Below, piece after piece: positions 38,150-52,000 of a stretch of 62,000 bases of DNA. The DNA comes from Octopus vulgaris. Taxonomy: Eukaryota. Made by a program: the position numbers and the translations under genes. The notes below the pieces were generated by a model. It did not search any database and had not been told where the DNA came from. It worked only from the letters and a program-made list of their open reading frames with translations. Position 1 is the stretch's first letter; every line of letters starts with the position of its first letter. Location: contig OX597823.1 of NCBI GenBank assembly GCA_951406725.2, positions 38,274,001 through 38,336,000 of the forward strand, given 5' to 3'.

Positions 38150-38800
38150 ATGGGTATTTCCAACTTAATGACTTTGGTTAAGAATGAGATGTATGTCTGC
38201 TGTTCTATATAGCAGAGTTTTTTTATCTTTGTATGTTAGATATATAATGTATTGAAACTGGTGGGGAAAGAAAGTACTTACATGATGCAATACTATTACT
38301 ATTACACCAGACTCAACACTCTGAACCATGGCACACAGTGAACTGCTTACCAACTTGAACTGCCAATTGCTCACAGTTCTTTAATTTATAACAATGAGTC
38401 AGTCCACCTTTAGTCACTTGAGGGATGATCAGAATCCTTCCATAACACAAAGTAACAAGTCAGGTGTTGTCAGGTTATTTATAAGTGTATAAGAAATGTT
38501 ACATGAAAATTTAGGCCTGCTGTGTCGGGTTACTGGATGATGCTTCTGTGACTAGGTTTTAGGTCTGGTAGGCCACTATGATGGTCAGCAGAAAGGGGAC
38601 TAATCTCACTATGAGCAAGCAGGACTTCTTTACAATGCAATTTGATAAGGGCCAGCTAGATTTATGATGATTTTTCTGCTTTATCAGCAGCCAATAGTTT
38701 ACATGGCAACAATTTAATAGATTAGTTTTCTTGATGATGAATAGTGTTGGCAGCTGCAGTATATGCAGTTCCTCACAGAGCTAGAGATGGTTATTAGAAG
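38150..38800 (-). mobile_element. Second, more decayed RTE-type endonuclease remnant
   Basis: Frame-broken LIVRLVPFLLTIIVAYQT and ..CHG...CNSNSIA..-like segments follow the expected RTE endonuclease order. Confidence 0.5.
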
Positions 38801-39050
38801 CTTCAAGTGAGGAAGGCAGCTCTCTGTCAAGGTGTTCTATGTAATTTTGGAGAAGTCATTTTCAAGGAGTTTCTAGATGAAGGAAAGATGGAATTTTCCC
38901 TATCCCTGTATCAGAAGGAGTGCCTATGTAGTGTAAATCTTCCTTTGAAATTACTAGCTGTTATGCTTGGAAATTTTGTTATAATATCATCAGATTGTGT
39001 GAGGATATTTCTTTGTATCATGATCTTTGAATAGTAGGATGCTCATGGTG

Positions 39051-39236
39051 CAGTGCTGCACAACGGGTATGCTGTGACACACTGGTGAGTCACGAGACGG
39101 TGTTAGGTGTGCTGCAGTGTAATATAAATTTAATTTTTTCCTCTATACTTTTAGTTATATTTTTAGTTCAGGTGTGCTGCCATATTTTGAAAAGAATATA
39201 AGTGTACTGCAAGGGAAAAAAAGTTGCGGAGCACTG
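39051..39236. mobile_element. hAT (Charlie-like) MITE
   Basis: TIRs cagtgctgcacaac / gttgcggagcactg; 8-bp TSD-like flanks tcatggtg / tcataatg. Confidence 0.75.
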
Positions 39237-40778
39237 TCATAATGGACAGCAGGTAGATTTTGGAAGTCACAGGCTTGGGAAAAAAGTGGAGTCTCTGTGA
39301 GTGGGTGTATTTTTTCTGTAGTAGTGTGTGATTTTGGAAGCAATATTATCTAGGTTTGAATAGCCAACTTTGAGATTATGAACATTAAAAGTTTGCAGTA
39401 TATATAGGTGTTTGGAAAATGCTGCCTAATTTGGATAAAAGAAACTTCGAGCTTTATTTGTAGATAAACCTTAGAATGAATAGAGGATTCAATCAGATTA
39501 ATTCTCCTTCGAACTCATTTTGGGTCTGGGCAGGTGGGTTGAGGATATGTGTGTATGTGTAAATATACATGTATACATACACACATACATGTCATCATCA
39601 TCATCATCATCATCCTTTAATGTCTGTTTTTATTGTTGGCATGGGTCCAGTGGTTCAGCAGAAGCTAGTGAGCCAGAGGACTGTGCCAAGTTCCAATGTC
39701 TGAGTTGGCATGGTTTCTATGCCAGTCACTTTACAGAGTGTACTGGGTGCTAATTACATGCAAAGTCACCAAGTAACTTGCAAGACAAAACTCTCCAACT
39801 GAGTGGGTGTAGTATTTATTAAGGGAGGTGGCTTTATGCTGGGTGATGAGAGGTTAAAGGGATAGATACAGGTATCTTGCTGTAGAGGAGCTACATGGGC
39901 ACCTTATCTGGAAAAGAGCTGGGATGATGGTGAAGATGTGCCATAGTTGTACAAATTGTCAAAGTCTATGTCATTTTATATACACAGTAGGGGAGAATCA
40001 GGCCAGCCACCTATGGTGCTGTGTATGTCTTTCAATGTGTGTTTCATTGTCATATTACCACTAGAAGGGTTGTGGAGGCCCTTAAAAGTCACTTCTACCC
40101 TAAATCAGTTCTTACTGCCTCCCATCCCTACAGGCCCATTGCCAACTTTGGTGCTTCAGAATATTCTGGGTGGGCACTAATTTGTAATAATACTAAAGCA
40201 AAGTATAAGGCAGTGAGTGGGCAGAATCATTAGCTCACTGGGCAAAATGTTTAGCAGCATTTCATCCATCATTATGTCCTGAGTTCAAATTCTGCCAAGG
40301 TTGACCTTACATGTCATCCTTTAGGATTTTGATAAAATAAGTACCAGTTGATCACTAGGGTTGCTGGCCTTGTGCCAAAATTTGAAATCAATAATAAAGT
40401 GGAGTTTTGAAATAAGCGTATCACTGTAAATCTGAGGGCGCACCTTTGAATAAATGAGGGGGTAGTGCTGTCCAGTGTACTCATTAAGCCACAGGCACCT
40501 CTTGACAGGTAACCAGTAATGTGGGTAGCAGAGTTCAAGTGTCACTTGTGTACGATCCATTTTAGCATAATTTCTATAGCTGAATACTGTTTTTCTTATT
40601 AACCTCTTTAATGAGTGTAATGGATAAATTTCCTTGTGTTCTCAGTACTGAAGTTGTCTCATGGGAAGAAGACTACAGACTCCTCTGTATCCTGAATTTC
40701 AAGGTTATACATATAGGCATACATACATACATACATACATACATACATACATACATACAAACATACATACATACATAA

Positions 40779-40809
<31 letters not shown>

Positions 40810-40883
40810 CATACATGTGTTGGTGTATGTAATGCAAACACACATGTGCATACAAACCACTATATACATATATGTGTATATAT

Positions 40884-41086
40884 ATATATGGTGTGTTGTG
40901 AATTTATGGAAAGAAATCCCATAAAACTCAACAATTTAGTTAAAAGTGGAGAAGAGAAGATGTTAAAATATATAAGAGAATTTTAAAATTCTCTTATATA
41001 TTTTAACACCTTCTCCTCTCTATTTTTTGTCAAAATTGTTGAGTTTTATGGGATTTCTTTCCATAAATTCACAACACACCATATAT
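40884..41086. repeat. ~200 bp loopless palindrome (copy 1)
   Basis: Centre gagaattttaaaattctc at 40984/40985; arms atatggtgtgttgtgaatttatgg... / ...ccataaattcacaacacaccatat. Confidence 0.92.
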
Positions 41087-41185
41087 AAGTATTATTGTCA
41101 TATTCGCAATTTTATGCCATTAAGCTACCAGCAAAATATGAAGAATCTATATTGGAAACCTCCAAATTAAAGGACAAATCTAATT

Positions 41186-41236
<51 letters not shown>

Positions 41237-41548
41237 TAATTGTATAGGGTACAATTATACTGAAGGGTACAGGAAGTTACTGTGCCTATATGCTGAAAGA
41301 AGATGCCGAATTCGTCCCACCACTTTACATGTTTACTCCACATATACACTTTATCCTGTAATTATGTTTAGATATAACCCATTCACTTTGGGTCAGTTTA
41401 TTTACCTCTGTAATATTCTGACCAAATGCACACATGCTGAGGTGGATTGTGAAATTCGATGCGTATATATGTGTGACTATTTGTATGTACTTGCATTTTG
41501 CATGTGCTTTTTTGTGGGTATGTATAAATATTTTCGTTTATTTTGCTT

Positions 41549-41615
41549 AGTATGTTCTGCTGATGAAGGAAGAGTTATCAAACTAATCCAGAAATTGATC
41601 TATCCAAAACTAACT
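41549..41615 (+). ncRNA. Degenerate type I hammerhead ribozyme
   Basis: Helix I agtatgttctg/caaaactaact (8 of 11 pairs), CTGATGA at 41560-66, helix II (a)gga/tcc(a), GAAA at 41591-94, helix III ttgatcta, UC cleavage dinucleotide. Confidence 0.55.
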
Positions 41616-41784
41616 GAATTATTTTATGAATTTTTAGTCAGTCTACTTTCTCGCTTTCAACCTGTGTGTATTTGTGGAGTGAACATATATATCTATATAT
41701 GTATTTTACCTAAAAGGTTTTTATATGATGGCCACTAATAAAATTCATTAATTTTAATGATTTTATCCTGTAATTATGTTTAAA

Positions 41785-41826
<42 letters not shown>

Positions 41827-41828
41827 AA

Positions 41829-41974
41829 ATATGGTGTATTGTGAATTTATGGGAAGAAATCCCATAAAATCCTCAACTAATTTTGATAAAAATGGAGAAG
41901 AGAAGGTGTTAAATATATAAGAGAATTTTAAAATTCTCTTACATATTTAACAACCTTCTCCTCTATTTTTATCA
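41829..41974. repeat. Palindrome copy 2, right arm truncated
   Basis: Same centre at 41929/41930, 945 bp downstream of copy 1. Confidence 0.9.
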
Positions 41975-42249
41975 GGTCATTCGAAGTTTTCTTTCTTCAG
42001 TCAAGCACCAGATTATCCTCACAATTTTGACTGATTATACTTAAGATTGCTCCAATCTGGCCAGCTCCAAGGAAAAACTAAGCTAAAGAGCATTAGATTC
42101 CTTGGAAGAAAGCAGCAAATGTATACAAAAACAAGGATGGAAAGAAAAGGGTGGGAAACATGACAGAAATAAATCACTATAAAGTAAATCATCACGATGT
42201 TTATTTTAACTTGTAAAGGTTAATATTTTTTATTGATTGACATTTTAAA

Positions 42250-43280
42250 GTTTCAGGTTCTATGTGTAACTGTTTAATCATGCCATGAACAAAAGAAGCC
42301 TTGGAACCGACTGAATTTCAAAGAGGCCGTATTGTGGGTCATTCTGAAGGTGGACTTAGTGTAAAATTGCAGAAAACCTTCAGATTCTGCTTTCTACAGT
42401 TAATTGTGATTGTGCAATTCACTAGAGAAGGGAAGGAGTTCACATTACTTTGCTCAGGTTGACCAAGGTCCTCTGACAGGACCCTTCACTTTGTTAAGAG
42501 TAATGTGGAGGATATTCCTTATTGCAAGGCCTCTGGCATAGCAGAACAAGTTGATGTCAGTCCCAGAACAGCTGTCAGGTATCTCCACAAACATGGCTAC
42601 TATGGCAGAGCAACAAGAAGGAAGCGACTTCTTCAACTAACCAAAATCAAGTAGAGAAAAGATTTGGCCAGTGAGATGGTGGAGAAGCCACTAGCATTTT
42701 GGGACACTCATATTCTCTGATGAGTCCAGATTTGCTATATTTTCTGATAGTGGTTGAGTATGGGTCTGGAGATTCTGTGATCAAGAATTTGATGTGAAAA
42801 GATTGTAGCCAACAATGAAACACCGGTGGCTATTTTGTGATAGGATGGGGAGCAATTTGGAGTAATGATCAATCAGAGCTGGTGGAGTCTGAGGGAAACA
42901 GACAAATGTGTACATATTACAGAAAGGACTCCTTCCAATCTTCTCCAGTAGTGAAATGATTAAAGAAGACTCTTTATTTATGGAATATGGGGTCCTTGTT
43001 ACATGGCTAAAAAGACCAAGCTTCCATGGCCAAGCCTGTCATCAGATATGAACACTATTGTGCACCTCTGAGGCATAATGGACAGGAACTTTGTAAAAAG
43101 AACATAAAAGCATCCTCAAAGTCAGATCTTTTGAGATTACTGAATGAAACTTGGTAAGAAATTCCTCAAGAGAATATTCATCAATTGATCAGTATTATGC
43201 CTAATAGGGTCCTTGCATAGAAAAATATCAAGAGCATATCTACTAAATATTAGATATTCACATTATAATAATATATTAAT
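42250..43280 (+). mobile_element. Tc1-like transposon, heavily decayed
   Basis: EFQRGRIVGHSEGGL, FSDESRFAIFSDSG.VWVWR and SDMNTIVHL-like motifs are broken by frameshifts. Confidence 0.8.
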
Positions 43281-43437
43281 AATTTTAATGTATAATTTCA
43301 GATTTAAATACATTTTAACGATTATAAGGGTGTCTACTTACTTCTGTCATGTGTGTGTGTGTGTGTGTATGAATATATGTATAGAAATGTGTTTGCAAAA
43401 GGAGGAAAAAATGTACTCATACTACGTGTATGAATCG

Positions 43438-43477
<40 letters not shown>

Positions 43478-43756
43478 GTCTATCTATTTAGCTAGCTATA
43501 TTTAATTTATATTTATATGTATATATTTGTAGAAACAAGTGCATGAATGTATGTGTATAGACAGACAGACAGACATAGATAAATTGACAACAAGTGGCAT
43601 CGAAATTGTGAAAAGGTTTCTAAGTAATGATATGGAGAGAGAGAGAGAGAATTTTTCCCCTTTATATTGACCATATGAAACATAAACAACCCAAATCACT
43701 GATTTGGCGTATTTTTATTACCTCGGCCATTCCTCAATAGGAAATGTTAAAGGTTG

Positions 43757-43801
<45 letters not shown>

Positions 43802-44208
43802 GTGTGTCAGCCCTTGTGGCCAATAAAAAGAATTAATTATTATTATTACTACTACATTCACCTGTAGCTTTCTTCCTACTTGTCCTTCAAGTTTATTTAT
43901 ATACACCCTGTTATTTCAACTGTGTTATTTCACCCACGCAATTTTATTCCAAGTTGTCAATCAGGACATTAGACAAAAATGTGTTGTGTATGTGTATGTT
44001 ACTGTGTGACGCCTTTTCAAAATGTGGATTTTAAAAAAGTGCTGTTTGTTTTCCAAATATTTCTTGATGTTAGGCTAATTTAAAATTATTACATTATTTA
44101 ACTCGGTGATATATTCATTTCCTATTTATTGAATGTTAAATGAATACTTTTGGTTAAGTCCAGAAATTCTAAAGAAAGGGAAAATAATTCTTTTTGTGAG
44201 AATTATAC

Positions 44209-44290
<82 letters not shown>

Positions 44291-46136
44291 ACGAGAGAGT
44301 ATCATTTCATTCATTCCGTTTAGATTTAACCGAAGGAATTGGGACGGACTTACCAAGGAATGGTAATAGATTAGCTGAAATGAAAGAGTTAATAAAGAAG
44401 AAAGACGAATAAGAGAATATACGAGCAGAAATATTAAAAAGAGAGATAAAAATTCTGAAGCGGTGTTGAGATGATTTCATAGAACGAAACATTTATTAGT
44501 ATTGTTATCATTACGGGGCGGCAAACTGACAAAAGCGGCAGAGCATCGGTCTAAATGTTTAGCTTTAATTAGTTCGGTTCCTCTGCATACTGAAATCCCA
44601 GTACCAGTCATGTACTAGGCTTTATTTTAATCCCTTGCAATTTTTTGACCAAGAGCCTATGTTAAGAATTATTAATATCTATTATACTATTATTAGCTAT
44701 AACGATGACGGAATGGTAGTAGTATTAAAACATCGCCAGAAATGGTATATACATACATACATATAGATGCATATATGTACACACATACGTACGTGTGTGT
44801 GTATGAAGAAATGTGGAGAAGCATTGTCGGAAAAAAAGGCGTAGTAAATAATCGAAGGAAAGATTTGTATGAAGTGTTGTGTAAAAAGAGGATGAGGACG
44901 GCAAGGTATGAATGTTTATAAAGAGTGGTGAAGAGGGAAAGGAAGAAACACTGAAAGAAAAGAGAAAGACGAAAGAGCGAGAGAGAGAAATAGAAAGAAA
45001 GAAAGAATGAGTGTTAGAATGAGAGAAAAGGGAGTGTCAGGTGAAGATAACATAGTGAAGGACAATGTATTATAGTTAGAGAGAGAATGAGAGAGTGAGA
45101 TATATATATATATATATACATAGAGATAAATAAAAAGAAATAAAGAAAAAAGATAGACTAAAGTGACTGAGCAGTGGAAAGAAAGAAAATAAAAGAGAAC
45201 AAGTGTTACAATGAGGGAAAAGGAGTGTCAAGCGAGGATAATAGAGAGAAGGACGGTGTATGGTAGCTAAAGAGAGTGAGATAGATACATACATAAAAAG
45301 ACAAAGAGAGGAAGAGAGAGAGGGAGATTGAGGAAGGTTAGCAGAGGCTGCGAGATGCAGGCACTATTATTATTGCATGTAGTCAGCGAGTGTTGTTTGC
45401 AACACCGTTGGGCTTAAAAGTAGCCAGGCTCTTGGAGATAAACGCATCTTTTACAGTTAGATCACTTAATTAAGGAATTTTTACACGGTTCGATGTTGGT
45501 ACATATGAAATTCTCCCTAAAATCTTGCCTGGTCTCACTGTCCGGCTTTTAATATGAGACATTAACATGGCGACTTCTCTTTATAACTGCAGACGACACG
45601 ACTTTTCAGTGAATTTGACCGGTATTTAAACGGTCATTTTTGCTTTTTTTGGGAAAAAAAAACAAAACATGCTTTCGATTATGGATAAATATACACAATA
45701 TCGAGATATTATTAAAGTATAATTGATTGGCAAGGTAGGTTTTAACTGTTTACTCTCGAGTATTTCGGTTTGACCACACTTGGTTTCATTTCAACACTGT
45801 TTATTTAATAATGGATCATTTATTGATCTTCATTTCTCTCCAAAAAAAAAAAGAAATAATAATAATAATAATAATCATAATAATAATAAGTGTAAATATA
45901 TAATCATTATTAATGAAATGTATGCTTTGGCGTGTTGCAGAAATTCTTATTCACATGTACCATACTTATTAATTTCATTACGAAATTCTCTGTATTTATT
46001 TATTTATCTCTTATAAATGCTCAACTTGTAAAAAAATATTCTGTAAAAACGCACCGAAGAAATACAGAATTAATGAAACCAGCATCGCAATCTGTTTATA
46101 TTAACGTATACTGCTGCATTATTATTTTCGCTGAAC

Positions 46137-46149
<13 letters not shown>

Positions 46150-46171
<22 letters not shown>

Positions 46172-46503
46172 TATATATATATATATATATACATACACAC
46201 ACACATATAATATATGTGTGTGTGTGTGTGCATGTGTGTATTTATATATATATATAGATGCACACATACACACATATAATATATGTGTGTGTGTATGTGT
46301 GCATGTGTATGTATATATATATACATGCACACATACACACACACACACATATATTATATGTGTGTGTGCGTGTGTGTTGGTTGTAGTGGCTGGTGTTTAC
46401 GTTAATGTTGGCAATCCTTACTGGTAATTGCTTCGGTTTTCTTCGTCGCCACCTCTAGATGCACACATACACACATATAATATATGTGTGTGTGTATGTG
46501 TGC

Positions 46504-46541
<38 letters not shown>

Positions 46542-46762
46542 GCACACATACACACATATAATATATGTGTGTGTGTGTGTATGTGTGCATGTGTATGTAT
46601 ATATATATATATGCACACATACACACTTATAATATATGTGTGTGTGTGTGTGCGTGCGTGTGTATGTGTGTGTGCGTGTGTGTTGGTTGTAGTGGCTGGT
46701 GTTTACGTTAATGTTGGCAATCCTTACTGGTAATTGCTTCGGTTTTCTTCGTCGCCACCTCT
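46150..46762. repeat. ~306 bp tandem duplication including a candidate minus-strand exon
   Basis: The ~85 bp unique segment gttggttgtagtggctgg...cgtcgccacctct occurs twice with 306 bp offset. Confidence 0.9.
46728..46758 (-). other. Candidate short exon or first-exon end (GGDEENRSNY frame open); duplicate at 46422-46452
   Basis: Donor ACCA|gtaagg; the acceptor is atypical (GAG). Confidence 0.25.
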
Positions 46763-46931
46763 CAACAATCAACGAGAAATGAAATATTGATTCCCACTTG
46801 TTAAATTTTTACTTCATTACAAACTTACTTTCCATGTTATTTCATGCCGCAATCGGTTATGTTATCATCATCATCATCATCGTCATCATCATCGCTGATA
46901 TCAATGCTGTCATTATTAACATTTGGTGTTG

Positions 46932-46966
<35 letters not shown>

Positions 46967-47306
46967 GTTGTTGTTAATATTATTATTATTTAGCGCTCGA
47001 CCCTGCTGTTTGCCTTCACTGAAAACTCAAAAGTCGAACCACTTTAGGCATTTATTATCTCCGTCCCTCCCTCTCTCTTTCTCTCTTCCCCTCGAATACA
47101 TACATACATACAATTATTTGTAGGATTCATTTGAATCAATGTATTTTAACATCCAGGACACCAACCAAGCGAGGGTCGAGCTCGGTACATACGTGTACAT
47201 ATGCAGACACATTCGTATATACCCGTGTACACACACACACACACACACACAATGTATGTACGTGTATGCATGCAGAATGTGAATGCGTGTACATTTTTTT
47301 ATCATA

Positions 47307-47402
<96 letters not shown>

Positions 47403-47898
47403 AATACAGGATATATGACATTAAGGGCTTAGGCGGGTTTTCGGGGAGCAAGTGCGACAACTACTTGTATTATTTGCCGAGAAACGTGTACGACTCTTAC
47501 AATAAATAAAGGTTTTGAATTAATTACTGATACCATTCATATATATATATACGTACACACACGCACACACTAATTAATATACAATCGTATGCACACAGAC
47601 AGGTGCTTTCTAGATGTATTTCCTTCTTTTAACCATTAAACGCATTCTTATAATCATTTAAAACACTGTTGTTTCTGGATTTCTCTGCTGTTTTGCTTCA
47701 ATAATTATAAAATCTTCCGCACTATGCTATAACGATCTGTTCCACCAACTAACCCCATACCCCCTTCTCCAGAATAGATTAAATCGCAGCTCCTTCCCAC
47801 TTCATCTCGTTTATGCTTATTAAACTGAATAAGCAATTTTGCTTTCGGGCTTTTAAACAATTGTTTTAGGAAAACAATTTTAATTTTTTTTTTTTTAC

Positions 47899-47950
47899 CG
47901 CTTGTAGCCATTCAATTTCAGGATATTTTAACCCCATGATCATCAATATC
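47899..47950 (-). other. Candidate 52-nt exon
   Basis: Acceptor atattctag| and donor AGCG|gtaaaa; contains ATGGCTACAAGCG. Confidence 0.3.
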
Positions 47951-48135
47951 CTAGAATATATTGTCTATCAAAGATTTTACTTTGTGCTTGGACAGTATTA
48001 TTTTATATAATGTATGTATTACGCTAGAAAGCATAACAAGACAAGCATTTTTATATATTATATATATATATATATATATAAACATATATAAATTTAGCAT
48101 AAGGGCATACAAGACGTCTACCTGTTAGAAAGAGG

Positions 48136-48195
<60 letters not shown>

Positions 48196-48457
48196 AAGAG
48201 AGAGAGAGTTAGATATATACATATAGCTAGATGACTAAATTAACTAAATAAATAGATACATAGATTGTGTGTGAGTGTGATTTCTTAGCAAATGCAACCA
48301 CCCCTTTGGTCAATTATAATATGCCTAGAAACATGCGTGTGTATATAGTAATATAGATTTAGGTGTACTTAGTTATATAGCAAACTGAGTCGGAAAATAA
48401 CAACCCAGTAAAGATAACGCAACAAATAACCAACCAACCAACCAACCAACCCTTTAC

Positions 48458-48488
48458 CCTGTTCAATGCTAACGTGTGAATCATTCAT
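48458..48488 (-). other. Candidate 31-nt exon (MNDSHVSIEQ/G)
   Basis: Acceptor ctatatctcttacag| and donor CAGG|gtaaag. Confidence 0.3.
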
Positions 48489-48894
48489 CTGTAAGAGATA
48501 TAGAATTTCCTACTGCAACCACGACTGTCAGAGAGTCCGATCTTCTTTCGCTTTAACAGTACATTCTAACCCATCTGAAACTCACTACTGTTGTCTTCTT
48601 TCAAAGCGCTCATCACTACACAGCTGATAAAACACTATCTCCTGCTCCACGATTTTATAGTACTAAAATCACTAGAGATCATATTTGTGAAAACTGGGTA
48701 CTTTCTTTCTGTGACAAGCACCACAACCAATGCTTTGACACATTTGTGCAGAGTTAGTGTATCTATTATTTCTTTGAATGCTTAAAGAATGTGACATGAA
48801 ACAGATTTTAAAAGTCTTTTACTCAATGAATGTTATGATTCTGCATTCTTTTAATAATTGATATATCATGTGATGGACGAGTGCTGTTCCTTAC

Positions 48895-49033
48895 TGATTT
48901 GTAGCATTATTTCTTGAATAAAGTCTCTGCTATACAGATGTCATGTTGTTACTTCTTATGACAGTTTATTGGATAAATCAAATGTAGACAATTTTGCATT
49001 CAGAAAGATTCAAAGCATTTTCTTGTTAATATT
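48895..49033 (-). other. Candidate non-coding exon (stops in all frames)
   Basis: Strong acceptor ctttttcttccttgagttctttcag| and donor ATCA|gtaagg. Confidence 0.3.
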
Positions 49034-52000
49034 CTGAAAGAACTCAAGGAAGAAAAAGACCCCATAACATTCAAAACAGAACCAGGAAAAATTCTTCCAA
49101 GAAATACCAAATAACTCATCACACTGCCACCTGGAGACATTTTAGTAAACAACAACTCCCTACACGAGTGGGCTATGATGTCCTAAAATATGACTTAAAA
49201 AAAACTATGCCAGATGGGGCTATTAAGTTACCTGCATATTTCTGACTAATGGACTACACACCTTAGTAAACATTATATCACATGAAACATTTAAATTTGT
49301 CACAGATTGTGGTAATTATGAGAAGTGATAAATTGCCTAAATGGTATCTATATCTAATTAATGAACAAATTTTTTTTTGTTTTGCAAGATCTCAGTTCTT
49401 AACTCAAAAACAACAGTAAACTGAATCTGTATTAATTTCTTCAAATCTTAAAACTATAGTATAAAAAAAAAATACAATCCCAAGATAGAGTTATTGAGAA
49501 CAATCTCAGTATTTGACTGGTACTTTATTTTATTGATTCCAAAAGACGACTTAGTTAATCTCAGTGGTATTTGAACTCAAAACGTAAAGAGTTGGAACAA
49601 ATACTACTTAGCATTTTTACTCATGCACTAACAATTCTGCCGACAAGTAAAAGACTTGGACTATTTGAAAATAGAATGCTAATCTTAGAAATAGTAGTAT
49701 CACCAGCCAGAGCATTAGACATAACTCTAAAGAATTCTTGCATTTATTATCAGGATATCCCTGTAAATACTATTGCTGTCATAAATGACAACAACAATGA
49801 AGCTATTTCAGTAGCTGCTTCTCACAAGTGTTTCTTTCTCAATAGGGAATAATATACATGGCTAGAAAATGTCTAGTGGAGATACCTTATGTCACAAGTG
49901 TGGGAATAATGATAATTTTTCTGTAACTCTTTAATTTATAGGTTTTCTGATTTATTGAAACATTTTCTGTGTTATGAGTGCTTTAATAATGTAATTAATA
50001 AATCAGTCACTGTAAGCTCATAGCACTGATAACTTCTCAACCAAAACTGATATTTCTAAGTGAAATGGTTTAGTCTTTAAACTATTCAGAGGCAACATCA
50101 TGATGACATCAACTCAGTATAGTTCCATAATACAGGACACACAGTTTATTGAAATATTGTACAAACAGCAATCACTCTTTGAATACATCTGCTCAGATAT
50201 CATACTTGAACAGTATTTCATTTCATAGCATTTAATGGTTCTGAAAATTCCACATGTTGTACTCTTCATTAATTTGACTATATTTACTTCTACTCAAAGA
50301 TTGTAATAAGAAAAGAAGCAAACTACCTAATCAAAGGCATCATGGAGAGCTTGGATTGTTGTAATAAAGAAAATGAAAACCATAAATTATGCTTTTTCAT
50401 TGATTCTCAACCACTGTCAACATTCTTCCTTCATGCTTTTATAGTACCTGTGATTGAATAGTTAATACATTATATTGCATCCCATCTTGGGCAGTTCTAT
50501 TGCTGCTGCTGCACATACAGACATCTCAGACCACATGCAGAAAAGACACTCCATCTAACCTGTGACCCATGGCTGCATTGTCTCCTTTCTCTATCTTTTC
50601 TACCTCTACTATAATGGCTTCTGCTCCTCTGAACTGGCTAGGTGCATGCCACATCCACTCAGGCATTCTTGATCCACTCTTCTCTCTTCCCCTCATCATT
50701 TTTGTTGTGTCCAATCCCCTAGGTCCCACACTCAGTTCTTTCTTTCTAGAGCATCAGCCTCAGGAACTCCCCATTAGTGGCTCTAGAGGAACATTAATGG
50801 CATTGATCTTGTTAGTCTCAGAGGGCCAGTTAAGGTCATGGGTACTGTCCCTTCTTCCAAATAAAAATGGATGATCCTGACAAAAATCTATGTGCATTTC
50901 TGTCACATGTCAAAGAATGTGATATAATTTTCTCTAATAAAAAAAATGTGTTCTTTTAGTAATTGGTGTATCACTTGATAGGCAAATTTTCACCTTTACT
51001 TAAAACAGAAGTTGAGCAGCTGCAGCATTATTCATTGAATAAAGTCTTTGTATGGTTTTGTTTATTGTTACCCCTTATTGCTGTGTATATTGTTTTACCT
51101 ACTCATTTGTCATCATCATCACTGTTACATCTACTTTCCATGCTGGCATGAGTTGGACAGATCATCACAATCTGCATTAGTTCCTGTTCAGAGGGATACT
51201 ACCCTCCATTTCTGGCATGGTTCCTGCCAAATGTCCTTCCTAACACCAACCACTTTACAGAGTATACAGAATGCATTTTAATGTAGTACCAGCACCACTG
51301 AAATTACTTTATGCCTCATGACACTGTTCTATGGTGTTTGTGTTCAGTCAAAGCAATATGTCAAAGAGAGTGAGTATAAGGGCAGGGAGTAGGGATATGA
51401 TGGAGGTGAAACAGGAACAATGATTGGAGTGAAAAAGCGGTAGAGGAAGGTACAATGGAAGAGATGCCATACTGAAACGAGTATGATGGAAGAAACAGTA
51501 AGGTACATTGGATTGGTGAGAGGGTATCAAATAGCAAATGGAGATTTAATAGGGTATGTAGGGCAGTAGGCCCGAGTGTCAGTTGGAGCAGCAGATGAAG
51601 GTTTAACAGGGATATAGTGAATAATAATAGCTCCAAATGTAGATATATATCTCCCAGGTTCATCACTACCATCATTTTAATGGTTTTTAGGCTATGGATG
51701 GGTAGGTCTTCTCCAGCACTGCATGATGTCAATCATCACGATACTTTGTCACCACCTTGTGAGGGTCAGCATCCTGATATCAGTTACTGTATGCTCTTAG
51801 GTCTCAATCTTCTGGTTTCATTAATTTTCAGTGCTTTGTGCTTTAAGGGTCTGTCATCCAACCAAATTCTGTAATAGGTGTGTATTTTGACCTCTCTTAT
51901 AATCTGATATCCAGTAAAATAATAATGACTATCAAATTTCAATGTGAAGTCAAAAACATTACTAATTCTAAATAATTTATGCAGTGGAACATTTTGAAGA

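Larger units (their letters stand above)
44290..48700. promoter_or_regulatory. CpG-retaining unique region, probable promoter or alternative first-exon zone
   Basis: CpG is conspicuously frequent relative to the depleted flanks. YY1-like aacatggcg near 45565. Several minus-strand GTAAG donors. No recognisable SINE or LINE copies here. Confidence 0.55.

Noticed and set aside
48560-48757. 65-codon plus-strand open frame after an AG (YILTHLKL...FVQS*)
   Set aside because: No recognisable homology, no supported upstream exon, and a length attainable by chance.
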